Below, piece by piece: positions 27,090 through 39,686 of a stretch of 64,000 nucleotides of DNA. Under the pieces are notes generated by a model. That model searched no databases. It saw only the letters and a program-made list of their open reading frames with translations, and was not told the DNA's origin. The stretch is from Octopus vulgaris (taxonomy: Eukaryota), in NCBI GenBank assembly GCA_951406725.2, contig OX597817.1, forward strand, positions 154,256,001 to 154,320,000, given 5' to 3'. The position numbers were made by a program, and so were the translations under genes. Each line of letters opens with the position of its first letter. Positions within the stretch are counted from its first letter, which is position 1.

Positions 27090-27263
27090 TATGTGTGTGT
27101 GTTTGTGTGCGTGTGTATGTATGTAAATAATAATAATGATATTTTTAGTTAAGCTTAAAGCTTATGGCGATCACCGTGCAATGACTAAGGAGAATAATCT
27201 AATAAAGGGGCATATAAACTCTCGACAGAAAAAAAGAAGGCTTTCTTAATGTATGTATGTATT

Positions 27264-27316
<53 letters not shown>

Positions 27317-27410
27317 ACATTTATACATGCATAAATGCGTCAATGCACATAAATATAAAAATTGCCGCTTCAAATCGGAGTATATATATTATGATATATT
27401 ATTATACATT

Positions 27411-27460
<50 letters not shown>

Positions 27461-27830
27461 TATACACGTATACACTAATTCCCCATACGTAAAAGGTCAC
27501 TGTTTTCACTGCACCTAAGGTTAGTTTCCTGCGTATATACATCTTTCTGAATCAGCATGTGTTTGTATGTGTTTCAGTGTATGTCTATGAATTTTATGTA
27601 CTTGCATAGAAAAATATATTGTATTCATCTTATATCTCTATTTCCTTCTGAATGCGTTTTTTAAACAGTGAATTAAAATACATTAAATTTGAAAGAATCT
27701 AATGTGAATACACTTTCAAATATAATTGAAACAAATTATATACATCATTATCCATTATCCCATTTTTTCTTAAGTAGTATTTATAAATGTTATTTTTCCA
27801 CATGGATAGGGTTGGTTTTAAGGAGATAGG

Positions 27831-27894
<64 letters not shown>

Positions 27895-27898
<4 letters not shown>

Positions 27899-28085
27899 GA
27901 GGAGAATTCACGAAAAAGATAAAAGACGAAGACAGGTGGTGTTGAAAACAAACAAATGTACTAGTATAACGCTCGGGAATTGAAAAGGTCTTTAACATTT
28001 CGAACCTACGCTCTTCCACGGAAAGGAACGCAGAAAGAAACAAGGGGAGAGAAAAAATGTGTGTAGTAGCTACCGATCTATCATA
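27895..28085 (-). mobile_element. Short PLE-like end with an atypical minimal HHR-like motif (27990-28025)
   Basis: Minus strand: cttt-ccgTGGAA-gagc gtag gttc-GAAA-tgtt-aaag; the core deviates from CUGANGA. Confidence 0.35.
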
Positions 28086-28575
28086 TCTCTTATTATAAAA
28101 GGCAGATTTGATCTGCCTCCCTTTGTCTCTTATAGAAATCTACAATATAGGATTTCTTCAATTACAATTTACCTAGCATTTTTAAGAGTAGAATGCATCG
28201 GGTCTTGCCAGGTCCAGTTTTTAAAATTTCAACCCCAATTAAGCAAAATCTAGAGAAAACTCACATTGTGGTGTATAAGTCAAATGCTTTTCTTAGTGTG
28301 GGCTACAGCACACGCACACACACAGTGTGCAACGAATAAAGTGAAAGTAATTCACTTTTTGTAGTGAGTGACTCTTTCACTCTGCATTCCCACTTCCTCT
28401 TTACACACATAGACACGCAAATATATAAATAAAATTGTAAGCTAACGTGTGTGTGTGTGCGTGTGTGTGAGTGTGTGTGTGTGTGTGTGCGTGTGTGTGA
28501 GTGTGTGTGTGTGTGTGCGTGTGAGGGTGCGTGTGTGTGTATGTGTGTGTGCGTGTGCGTGAGTGTGTGACAGGA

Positions 28576-29270
28576 AAGTTTTTAGGACGAATATAAGTCC
28601 TAAGTATATCCAAGTAGCAGAAAGATCGCCCAAAAGTGTATATAGATATTTAAATGTATTTATATATTCATCTATACACAGATGTATGTATAATGTGTGT
28701 GTATATATTTCCATAGAGGTAACCTTTCACTCCATACAAAGTTTTTTAGGACGAATATAAGATCTAAAGTATATACAAGTAGCACAAAGATCGCCCAAAA
28801 GTGTATATAGATATTTAAATGTATTTATATATTCATCTATACACAGATGTATGTATGTGTGTGTGTATATATTTCCATAGACGTAACCATTCACTCCGCA
28901 CAAAGTGTTTTAGGACGAAAATAAGATCTAAAGTTATCTCTAAGTAGCAGAAAGATCGCCCAAAAGTGTATATAGATATATAAATGTATTTATATATTCA
29001 TCTATGCACACATGTATGTATAACGTGTGTGTATATATTTCCATAGAGGTAACCATTCACTCCATACAAAGTTTTTTAGGACGAAAATAAGATCTAAAGT
29101 TATCTCTAAGAAACAGAAAGATCGCCCAAAAGTGTATATAGATATTTAAATGTATTTATATATTCATCTATACACACATGTATGTATAATGTGCGTGTGT
29201 ATATTTCCATAGAGGTAACCATTCAACCCATACAAATATTTCAATCCATATAAATATTTTAGGACGAAAA
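28576..29270. repeat. ~164-bp tandem repeat, a little over 4 copies, inside the Helitron
   Basis: ttttaggacgaa.ataag...aaagatcgcccaaaagtgtatatagat recurs at ~28580, 28745, 28908, 29075 and 29257. Confidence 0.93.
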
Positions 29271-29497
29271 TATTTATATATAAAAGAAAGGTTGTGTGTC
29301 TGTCTACTCCGATTTAGATTCCTAACTACTCCCACATTTTGCGATGCAGTTTAACCAAAACCGGGTATCTTATAGTCGTGATTCATATGGAGCCCTTCTG
29401 GGTATTAGCGCGCGTCTACGATGAGTCTATGATTTTACAAATAATTTACCATCATTTTTTTCCATTTAATGCATATTTTTTAAAATAAAGGAGTAAC

Positions 29498-30038
29498 TCT
29501 CAAACTTCACACCAATATGCGTGCTCATATGCGACGTAATATCACATCAGCAGCATTTCCTCACACCCTCCTTGCACTTGGCGAAGGCAAAATACCAGGG
29601 GATGAAAATGGTAATATTGCCATCGATTCCATTTGTACCATTGTTAAGACGCCTTCTGATCTCAGAGATGCAGTGTTCCCAGATCTACAAGCTAATTATC
29701 AGAATATGGATTGGATTGGCAAAAAGGCTATACTGGCCCCGAGGAATAAAACTGTTCACCATATTAATGATGAAATGCTAAAACTCATTCCTGGGGAAGT
29801 CTATGTATATCAGTCTATCGATACAACTCCTGACCCAGAGGATGTCATCAACTATCCAATAGAGGTACTCAATTCCTTTGAGCACCCCGGACTACCCCCA
29901 CATTTTCTCAAACTTAAAGTTGGTGCCCCTATAATGCTCATCAGAAATTTGGTTCCCCCAAAACAATGCAATGGCACACGTTTGATCGTTAAGTCCTTAT
30001 CTCCCACCGTAAACTTATATCAATATTTGCCTGAATAA
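29498..30038 (+). pseudogene. PIF1-family Helitron helicase fragment
   Basis: LKLHTNMR...KAILAPRN...YPIEVLNSFEHPGLPPHFLKLKVGAPIMLIRNL..PKQCNGTRL. Confidence 0.92.
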
Positions 30039-30359
30039 TCATCATAATTCAGTGCAATCATTAACAGTACTTTCAAGCAATTCAGCCCCGAGCAACGCCG
30101 GGCAATTCTGCTAGTATATATATATGTGCTTTGCGGGAAGGACTGTTTTAACGAAGTCGCGTCTTGTCCCTACCTTCCAAACGCGGAGTAGATAAAAAAA
30201 GGGGACAACTGATGAAGGGAATGTTCTTTATGTTGCCTGTCTCGTTTCGTTGTTCGAAAAAAAGTTAGCTTAAAGTATATTTGTAATGTTTCTTGGTAAT
30301 TTATATCTATTAACAAATACTTGATAACTTTTTAAAATATAAATATCATTACTTCTAAT

Positions 30360-30600
30360 TCTCTCTAAGGAGGACTACGGCAGCGGTACTGGATATTCAT
30401 AGTTATCGCCAAGCTAATATGGAAATCCAGAAAAATAGGACGAATGCTGCCGTTGATTAGCTCCAAGCGGCCATCGCCTCTGTCTAGCTATGTGACACAC
30501 AAACCTGTGTCCTTTATAACCTTCGAACAGGGGTAGTTAGCAGCTTCCCCTTGCTGGTCTGGCATCCACAGACTAGTTTCCACTGAATTTAGGTAAATAA
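30360..30600 (+). repeat. Dispersed repeat, second copy at 51247-51365 (minus)
   Basis: atagttatcgccaagctaatatgg...gacgaatgctgccgttgattagctcca...ctagctatgtgacacac..acctgtgtcc is the reverse complement of 51247-51362. Confidence 0.8.
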
Positions 30601-30820
30601 TCCTTCGAACAGTCGGTCAACAGCGACGCCTTCTGGATTCGGCTACTCCACATTCATAAGAGGCAAACACCTCGAAACATACATACATGCATACATACAA
30701 AAATACCCTGTTGTTGATGTTGAAATTCCAATGAAGGAGTCTTGGATCTAGGTCAGAAACCGGTTCTTTCTCTATTGACAAGAAATCTTGAAATAAAATT
30801 GAATAATGATATACATACAT

Positions 30821-30874
<54 letters not shown>

Positions 30875-31252
30875 TGACATAGCTATCTGAATATCTAAAC
30901 AATGTAAAAATTCTGACCAAAGCCTTGTTTCCGAGTTTGGAAGCAGCACTTTCTTTATTGGTGAGACAGTAAAAAAAAATTAAACAAGTGGAATATATGC
31001 ATATCTTTTGTTTGAATCATTAGACTGCGACCATGATGTGGCACTGCCATGCTGGTGCTTCGTCTTGAAGGATTGAGTCGAGCAAATTGCCCCCCCCCCC
31101 CCCAGTGCTTATCAGTATTATTATTCGTAAAGTCTGGTACTTATTTTATCCTCCTGTTTTTGCCAAACCGCTAATTTACGGGGGCATAAACAAACCAACA
31201 CCGGTAGGGAGGAAATATGCAGACAAGGATATACACACATAGGTACACACAC

Positions 31253-31298
<46 letters not shown>

Positions 31299-32169
31299 CC
31301 ACTCATTAGGCTTTGACCTGCTATAGAAGATAGTTGCCCAAGGTGCAATGCAGTGGGTTTGAACTCAGAACCGTGTGGTTGAAAAGCAAGCTTAAGAACA
31401 TACATACACTGATAAACATACATACAAGGACATACATTTTCACTCACAAACACACACATACGTACACGCCTGTACACATCTGCAATAACAAATATACATA
31501 CATACGCCCACATACGAAGGGGTTAAGACGATAAAACAACAAAATCAGAGGAATATACGTATATGTGTGTGATTGTGTGTGTGTGTGTATATGTGTGTAT
31601 GAGTGTGCGTATGTGTGTGTTTGTGTGCGTGTGTTTGTGTGTGCAAAAATATCCACTGACACATTGTCAATTATAAGATCTCAAACAACGTATATACATT
31701 AATAAATACACAAGCAAGAACAAACACTATCACTTACACGCACACACATACATACACATTCATGTCTCACTAACACACACACACACACACACATTCACAT
31801 ACACATACATACACGCATACGCGCACACACACGAAGAGGTTATTTAAGTGTGTCCAGCCGTATATGGTTACGTGTCTTGAAACAAATGTCTTTGGCTAGC
31901 AACATTGCAAGACTAAGCATCTGACTGTGATCGATTGTTAATTCACTTGTCTGAATCTGAAGAAAATAATCCCTATGAGTTTCTATCGTGGTAATTAATG
32001 TCAGATTAAAGTGTATGCGATACGTGATGTGCTTTGAAACATGGGGAGAGGGTGATAGGAATACATCCCGAAGCAGCCAACAATGTTTAAACACATATGC
32101 ATGCATAGGACATACACACACACACGCACACATACACACACACTCACAAACACACACATACATTGATGC

Positions 32170-32812
32170 ATATGTATGTATGTAAGGATGGATGGATGGA
32201 TGGATGGATGTATTCATGTATGTATGTATGTATGTATGTATGTATGTATGTATGTAGGTAGGTATCTATGTGTGAGTACATTTGTGTCTATGTATGTATG
32301 CATGTATGCATGTATGTATGTGTGTATGTATGTATGTATGTATGTATGTATGTATGTATGTATGTATGTATGTATGTATGTGTGTATGTATGTATGTATG
32401 TATGTATGCATGTATGTATGTATGTATGTATGTATGTATGTATGTGTGTATGCATGTATGTATGTATGTATGTATGCATGTATGTATGTGTGTATGTATG
32501 TATGTATGTATGTATGTATGTATGTATGTATGTATGTATGTATGTATGTATGCATGTATGTATGTATGTATGCATGTATGTATGTATGTATGCATGTATG
32601 TATGTATGTATGTATGTATGTATGCATGTATGTATGTGTGAGTACATTTGTGTCTATATATGTATGTTTTTGTCTATGTATGTATGTGTCTATGTATGTA
32701 TGTATGCATGTATGTATGTATGTATGTATGTATGTATGTATGTATGTATGTATGTATGCATGCATGTATGTATGTATGTATGTATGTATGTATGTATGTA
32801 TGTGTGTGTGTG
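32170..32812. repeat. (TATG)n microsatellite
   Basis: Direct reading. Confidence 0.97.
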
Positions 32813-33430
32813 TTTAATGGTACTGCGTGTGATAAATAAATATTTATATTTCTTATTCATCGTTGAGAAAAAGCGACAAATTCCTACAATATTAAACTGC
32901 TCGTAGGTTTCGAGTTCAAACGCAGTGAAGGTATTTAGCTCTTATTTTAAGAAGTCACGAAGTTATGAGATCCGAAACTGTATCGGAAAAAATGCCTTGT
33001 TTCCTTACCACCTCAGTTCAATTCCCACTGAGGTTAACTTTGCATTTCATCCCTGTTGGGTCGTGACAAAATAAAGTATTAGTTAAGTATTATGGTCGAT
33101 AATATCAATTAACGCATCCCGTCAAAACCTTTGGCTTTTTTGCTTAAATTAGAGACAGTTTTAACAGGTCACTATTTATAAGATGAATGCATTATCTCAA
33201 TTTATTCAGCCATCAGAGATAGGAATCAGATTTCTGGATAAACAATCTGTAATATATGACTTGGATACCACCGTAAAAGAGTCAGGCAGAAGTTGACCCA
33301 AAGACAGTCAGCATTACGTGGAATGGGTGTGCAGTTGACCAAACCCAGTAGTGGAAACGTGCTGTCCATGCACTGAACGGTACTAGAAGATCTAAAGCTA
33401 AACTCAGAAGAAATATTTGTCCCTATATAC

Positions 33431-33655
33431 TCTTTACTCTTTTACTTGTTTCAGTCATTTGACTGCGGCCATGCTGGAGCACCGCCTTTAGTCGAGCAAA
33501 TCGACCCCGGGATTTATTCTTTGTAAGCCCAGTACTTATTCTATCGGTCTCTTTGTAAGCCCAGTACTTATTCTATCGCTAAGTGACGGGGACGTAAACA
33601 CACCAGCATCGGTTGTCAAGCAATGCTAGGGGGACAAACACAGACACACAAACAC

Positions 33656-33688
<33 letters not shown>

Positions 33689-33859
33689 CATATATACGAC
33701 AGGCTTCTTTCAGTTTCCGTCTACCAAATCCACTCACAAGGCATTGGTCGGCCCGGGGCTATAGCAGAAGACACTTGCCCAAGATGCCACGCAGTGGGAC
33801 TGAACCCGGAACCATGTGGTTGGTAAACAAGCTACTTACCACACAGCCACTCCTGCGCC
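33431..33859 (-). mobile_element. SINE family A with TSD cctatatact and a 29-bp internal duplication
   Basis: Full-length reverse copy; tctttgtaagcccagtacttattctatcg is duplicated. Confidence 0.92.
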
Positions 33860-34395
33860 TATATACTTACCATTTTGATCTTTTGGCTGTGCTGATTCAT
33901 GAGGCGCTCCTTGTGGTACTGATAATGTTTCCGCAAGGTACTGCCAATTCACGCATCTTGGCACCCATTATGTGTTCACCCATACAGTTTCTTACATGCC
34001 ACTACATCCAGTCCTTCTTCCCTGGGGCATCGACCTGCTGGCATTCCCTTCGCGCACAGGGTTTTCCTACAGCTGTTGAAGAACATTTGTTGTGTTAATA
34101 CAACCCATTACTTCTACAACTACTACTAAGATTTTCTCACTTTGTTGTCAGTAGTGGAAGTGACGGTGCCGCAGCATGGTGTAGCTGTGATTGATGGTAG
34201 CTGTTATGTTACTGTTTATTGGTAGTTCAGGGTTATCCGTAATCTCAATATTTGAGGGGAAATATCAAATGAAATAACAGATAACCCCAAAATAGAAGTA
34301 GATATATCAGAGGAAGCTCTTCGGGATACTATAGAGTTGAAACTGTCAGGGGTGATGCAGGGGCAGGCCATTGTCAACTGTCATTCTATATTTCA

Positions 34396-34625
34396 GGCGG
34401 CGAACTGGCAGAAGCGTTAGCGCGCTGGGCAAAATGCTTAGCGGTATTTCGTCTGTCGTTACGTTCTGAGTTCAAATTCCGCCGAGGTCGACTTTGCCTT
34501 TCATCCTTTCGAGGTCGATAAATTAAGTACCAGTTACGCACTGGGGTTGATGTAATCAACTTTATCCGTTTGTCTGTCCTTGTTTGTCCCCTCTATGTTT
34601 AGCCCCTTGTGGGCAGTAAAGGAAT
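34396..34625 (+). mobile_element. SINE family B, TSD tatatttcag
   Basis: Full-length forward copy. Confidence 0.9.
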
Positions 34626-34986
34626 ATATATTTCAGTTGAAAGTCCTTTGTTCCAAAGTCTGAAAACTCTAAATCCGAAAAGGTTTTGAATGCTGAGATG
34701 AGACGCCATCAATGAAAAATTCAACAAAGTGCTAGAAAGTTTTCACCAACTACAGCTGTTATGTGTTGTTATTTTCATTTTATTTACCTGTAATCATGTT
34801 CAGTGCTACCCACAAAATATAATACAGAGCAGTATAATACAGACGATGTACGTGTACTCTAACTTTTTAATCAAAATATGACAACATAGGTCGAGACTGA
34901 TATCTTATCTCTCTAATGGTATAATATATTTTTTTTTAATTATTAAAAATTATACAAAAATACATTCAGAGTATACACACACAGAC

Positions 34987-35022
<36 letters not shown>

Positions 35023-35024
<2 letters not shown>

Positions 35025-35395
35025 GTTTAAATATTTGTTGTGCAAGATTTTTTATGTGAAGTCGTGTGTTGACACAGATATTGTTATATTTCGGAATGGT
35101 CATATTGCCAGTTTAGCCAATAAAAACAAACGCACTATATATTCGGTGTTATTTTGCTTCAGTGTTATTTATTTTTTACATTAATCTTAATCTTATTTCG
35201 GCCAGAGTTCTTTCGTCACACTCCTGTGACCGCATCAGTGGTCCTTTGTTTTCATCTTTCTTATTTGTGTCTCTCCTTACTAACCGTCAGCCATTTTGTA
35301 TTTCTATTGTATGTCTTCATTTGCGCATGCTTATATCTCTATGTGTTTTTATTGGCTAAACTGGCAATATGACCATTCCGAAATATAACAATATA
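35023..35395 (-). mobile_element. Solo Penelope pseudo-LTR with a short inverted copy and a variant HHR (35202-35241)
   Basis: Near-identical to the reverse complement of 55180-55500; inverted repeat 35080-35128 / 35345-35393. Confidence 0.85.
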
Positions 35396-35404
35396 TATAT
35401 ATAA

Positions 35405-37508
35405 AATTTTAATGAGACGGCGTACAAAAATTTCAAATCGCCTAAACAAACAGATTGAAAGCAGTGAAAAACCCGCCTGAAAATAAAACTGTTGGAAATT
35501 GAAAAATGTCTGCAACTCTCCCATGAAAAGGAAAGAGCAGACAAAGAAGCCTGGGCTATAGACAACATAAAATCTAACCCCAGAGCTTTCTACAGGTATG
35601 CCAAAGAAACAGCTACGGTGCACTGTAGGATAGGGCCACTCCTTGAAAAGGATGGCACACTCACAGGAAAACCAATGAGGGTAAGTGAAATACTGAATGA
35701 GCAATTCAAGAGTGTTTTCACTCCACCCCTCGGGCATTTCCAAATCACCAATCCAACTGACTTCTTTACCACTGCAGATATAAAATCAGAGGCGGCGACG
35801 ATAAATTACATCGATATAAAGGAAGACGATGTAATAAAGGCCATAGATGAAATGAAAACAGACTCAGCTATTGGCCCCGATGGATTCCCGGCAATCCTCC
35901 TAAAAGTATGTAAGAGAGTCCTAGCAAGACCACTGCAGATCCTCTTTCAGAGCTTCCTTGCAGCTGGCAAACTTCCAAAAAAACTGAAGGAAGGTAAAAT
36001 ATGCCCTATTCATAAAGGAGGTAGCAGAGCAGAGGCCAAGAACTACAGACCTATCTCTCTCACCTCACACATCAGCAAGGTCATGGAACGAATAGTCAGA
36101 AGGAAACTAATCACCTTCCTTGAAGAAAATGACTTGCTGCCCGACACCCAACATGGTTTCCGACCAGGAAGAAGCTGCTTAACTCAGCTCCTACAACACT
36201 ATGACTGGGTGCTGAAACAACTGCTCAACCACTCAAATGTGGAAGTCATATATCTCGACTTTGCAAAGGCCTTTGATAAAGTCGATCATGGAATGATATG
36301 TCACAAACTGCGTGATCTTGGCATAGTTGGAAAATTGGGAGAATGGCTTCATGACTTTCTGAAGAATAGAAGTCAGGTGGTAGCAGCCAATGGGGCCACT
36401 TCCATTAAAACGCAAATAGTGAGCGGTGTTCCGCAGGGCACTGTTTTGGGACCACTAGTGTTCATAATGGCCCTCTCTGACATGCCCTCAGCCACGCAGA
36501 GAGCCACGATCACAAGTTATGCAGACGATACAAAAGTTTCACAGGCAATACAGAACCCTGAAGACACTAAGCACCTGCAATGTGAGCTGGACGAAATATA
36601 CAAGTGGGCTGAAAAGAATAGCATGCAGTTCAATGCTGAAAAGTTTCAAGCTTTATACTATCAGCATGCAAAACTGAATGCAATACCCAATGAATACACT
36701 GGACCCGGAGGGATTGCAATCCCAGAGGCACAATCAGTGCGTGACCTGGGTATTCACATGAGTGATGACGCGACCTTTCATGTACATGTTGCTAAACTGG
36801 CAATGAAATGTAGACGGCTGGCTGGATGGATTCTTAGAACCTTTAGAACAAGAGAACAAGAAACCATGATGGTCCTCTGGAAGACACTTGTCCTAAGCCA
36901 CTTTGACTATTGCTCTCAGCTATGGTCACCATCCAGTGTCAAGTTGATCACAGAACTTGAGGCGATCCAACGAAGCTACACGAAGAAGATAGCCTCTGTG
37001 CAGCATATGAGCTACTGGGAAAGACTCAAGAGATTAAAGCTCTATTCCCTGGAGCATAGGCGAGAAAGATATGCCATAATATATATCTGGAAGATCCTGG
37101 AAGGACTTGTCCCAGACTTTGGCATCGAGAGTCACACAAATGCCAGAACCGGACGCCACTGCGTAGTACCAAGGACTCCAAATTTGCCATCAAGATGTAG
37201 GACAAGATATTGTGATAGCCTGGGCTTCAGAGGCCCACAGCTCTTCAATATCCTCCCGAAGAACCTGAGGGACCTGCATGGTGTAGATGCGGATGTCTTT
37301 AAAGTAGGACTGGATCTCTTCCTGTCAGGTGTCCCGGATGAACCAACTTCACGGCAGGAGGTGCAGATGAGGGCAGCTGCATCGAACTCTCTCATGCATC
37401 AGATGGCGTTCGCTAAAAAGCATCCGTGAGGTAAAATCGTGTAGCAAACCAAATGGCGGTGCCCCAGCATGGCCACAGCTCATTAGCTGAAACTAGAAAA
37501 ATCAAAAT

Positions 37509-37510
<2 letters not shown>
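35405..37510 (+). mobile_element. 5'-truncated CR1-group LINE flanked by (TA)n
   Basis: RT ORF, short 3'UTR and atcaaa tail. Confidence 0.9.
35492..37429 (+). CDS. CR1-group LINE reverse transcriptase (no endonuclease; 5'-truncated)
   Basis: 645 uninterrupted codons: NYRPISLTS, QHGFRPGRSCLTQLL, YLDFAKAFDKVDH, SGVPQGTVLGP, YADD. Confidence 0.95.
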   Translation: MEIEKCLQLSHEKERADKEAWAIDNIKSNPRAFYRYAKETATVHCRIGPLLEKDGTLTGKPMRVSEILNEQFKSVFTPPLGHFQITNPTDFFTTADIKSEAATINYIDIKEDDVIKAIDEMKTDSAIGPDGFPAILLKVCKRVLARPLQILFQSFLAAGKLPKKLKEGKICPIHKGGSRAEAKNYRPISLTSHISKVMERIVRRKLITFLEENDLLPDTQHGFRPGRSCLTQLLQHYDWVLKQLLNHSNVEVIYLDFAKAFDKVDHGMICHKLRDLGIVGKLGEWLHDFLKNRSQVVAANGATSIKTQIVSGVPQGTVLGPLVFIMALSDMPSATQRATITSYADDTKVSQAIQNPEDTKHLQCELDEIYKWAEKNSMQFNAEKFQALYYQHAKLNAIPNEYTGPGGIAIPEAQSVRDLGIHMSDDATFHVHVAKLAMKCRRLAGWILRTFRTREQETMMVLWKTLVLSHFDYCSQLWSPSSVKLITELEAIQRSYTKKIASVQHMSYWERLKRLKLYSLEHRRERYAIIYIWKILEGLVPDFGIESHTNARTGRHCVVPRTPNLPSRCRTRYCDSLGFRGPQLFNILPKNLRDLHGVDADVFKVGLDLFLSGVPDEPTSRQEVQMRAAASNSLMHQMAFAKKHP

Positions 37511-37579
<69 letters not shown>

Positions 37580-38260
37580 TGTATGTATATGTATATATGC
37601 ATATATATATTCTGAAATGTAAATGGATGTTGCGTTTAGACATGAGGCTCATTCCCAAAGTGTCCTATTTATAGATGCAAAAATATAAATGATCCGAAGA
37701 TTCGAAATCCAAAACATTTTCGGTCTCAGTAATTTCGGATAAGGTTTTCTCGACTGCACTACAAACAAGACCTCTAGTTTATGTAAAAGAAAACAGCAAG
37801 CCACTACACCCACGCAAGAACAAACAAAACCAATTAAAGCCGTTTGAACAAAGGAACTAAACAAGTCAATAATCAAATTCTACCTTACGAACAAAACAAA
37901 TAACAGAAGTACAGGGCAAAAAACTTTGGTAATTTGGAACAAAATAGGTGGAACACAACAGGTCAGGCTTGTTCTATAAAGCATTGTGTCTTCCTGTCGA
38001 ACCTGGAATTAGAAGAACTTAAATAGAAAGTAGAAAAGTGAAGAGAAACAGCAATGACTCGGAAATTTATGTAAGTGAAGTATTATAGAGATAGTGACTG
38101 TTTAAATATTTCATTAGAGAATGGAGTCAGTTAGGTAGAGAAGAAATAAAATGAAGAAAATTGTAGGACCGTTAGAATGAGAACGAGATCTAATAATTAG
38201 TCAAGATATTACTGGGCGACATATCAGAAAAACTTGAAGGAAATAAATAGAAATATATAT

Positions 38261-39342
38261 ATTGGGTTACCCCATAAATAAGGCTTTTTTTTCAGTTACA
38301 TGAAGTAAAAGTCGGAAGGAGACGGGATAAACTACCTGCATCAACTTGCTATAAAAGCAGGTAGTAATTATACCTTGTACTTATTCTTAATGCAAGTTTT
38401 GAAGAATGTAGTTCGATTTAACAGTTATTTTTTCAAAGCTATAATGGAAGTGACAAAGGAGCATATTCGGCATATCTTGATTTATGAGTTCAATAAAAGC
38501 AACAATGCAACGGAAAGTGCGAGGAATATTAATGTAGTATATGGGGATCGGACAATAAGCGAAAGCCAATGTCAACGGTGATTCCAGAAATTCCGAGCCT
38601 CGTCCTGGGAGATCTGTAGAGCTCAACGAGGACGACCTGCAAACCCTGGTGGAACAAAATTTCATCGCACCTGTTGAGGAACTAGCAGGGAAGCTTGGAT
38701 TTGGTCATTCAGCCATTCATCGACACTTGCGTGCCATCGGAAAAGTTAGCAAATTGGGTCAATCGGGTTTCCCACAAACTTTCCGAGTCTAATTGTGTTC
38801 AGAGAGTAAAAATATGGTCTTCTTTGATGTCACGTCTCACGATTAAACCTTTTTTTTTTTGGACCAAAGAATGACTGGTGACAAGAAATGGGCTCTCTAT
38901 AAAAATGTCAAGTGCCAGAGATAGTGGGTTTGGGAAAGGAAAAACACTGGCACCCCAGGCTAAAAATGGCTTTCACCTACGTACGGTGTTGTTATTTGTT
39001 TGGTGGGATATGAAAGGTTTAGTTCACTTTGAACTTTTAAATCCAAGTCAAACGAAGACGAAGGAGATCTACTGCGAGCAGCTTGAACGGCTTAAGTCAA
39101 CGCTAGAAGAAAAACGACCATTTTTGGTTCCAAGACGAAAAGTGTTCTTCCTCCAGAATAATTCTCGGCCACATGCAGCGAGGTTGACATTCCAGAGACT
39201 GGAGCAGTTTGAATGGGAAATGATGCATCACCCACCATATTCACAGGACATTGCCCCAACTTATTATCATTTATTCCACAGTCTTCAAAATCATTTGGAC
39301 GGAAAAAAATATGAATTCTGTATACATGGAATGACCCAATGT
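38261..39342 (+). mobile_element. Decayed mariner transposon with both TIR remnants
   Basis: TIRs attgggttacccca / tggaatgacccaat; MEVTKEHIRHILIYEF..., TGDKKW, VWWDMKG, HPPYSQDIAP; contains stops and frameshifts. Confidence 0.9.
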
Positions 39343-39487
39343 ATTCAAGTGTAAATAAGAAGCAGCCCGAGCGATATAAACAATATCGAACTCACATACA
39401 CAAGGTATCAGCGTATGATATTGTATGTGTGTGTATCTATGTATACACACACACACACACAAATATATATATATATACATACATACA

Positions 39488-39521
<34 letters not shown>

Positions 39522-39549
39522 CATACATATTTATATATGTATATATGTG

Positions 39550-39590
<41 letters not shown>

Positions 39591-39639
39591 ATGTGTATAT
39601 ATACATATATATATTTGTACACACACACACACGCACGCA

Positions 39640-39680
<41 letters not shown>

Positions 39681-39686
<6 letters not shown>

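Larger units (their letters stand above)
28087..30114 (+). mobile_element. Composite non-autonomous Helitron
   Basis: 5' TC(tc)ttattataaaa; 3' hairpin cccgagcaacgccggg followed by CTAG|T (30111-30114); contains a tandem array, an internal second 5' end and a helicase fragment. Confidence 0.85.
34633..37757 (+). mobile_element. Tigger/pogo-like non-autonomous DNA transposon (34633-34980 + 37610-37757), split by later insertions
   Basis: Imperfect TIRs cagttgaaagtcctttgttccaaa / tttcggataaggttttctcgactg; internal tccgaa/aatcc subrepeats resemble Tigger4 as recalled, not searched. Confidence 0.6.

Noticed and set aside
28576-29270. CRISPR-like periodicity (also 41394-42361)
   Set aside because: Whole units repeat with no unique spacers, and the context is eukaryotic.
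38878-39354. SETMAR-like host gene
   Set aside because: No SET domain; TIRs, stops and frameshifts indicate a dead mariner.
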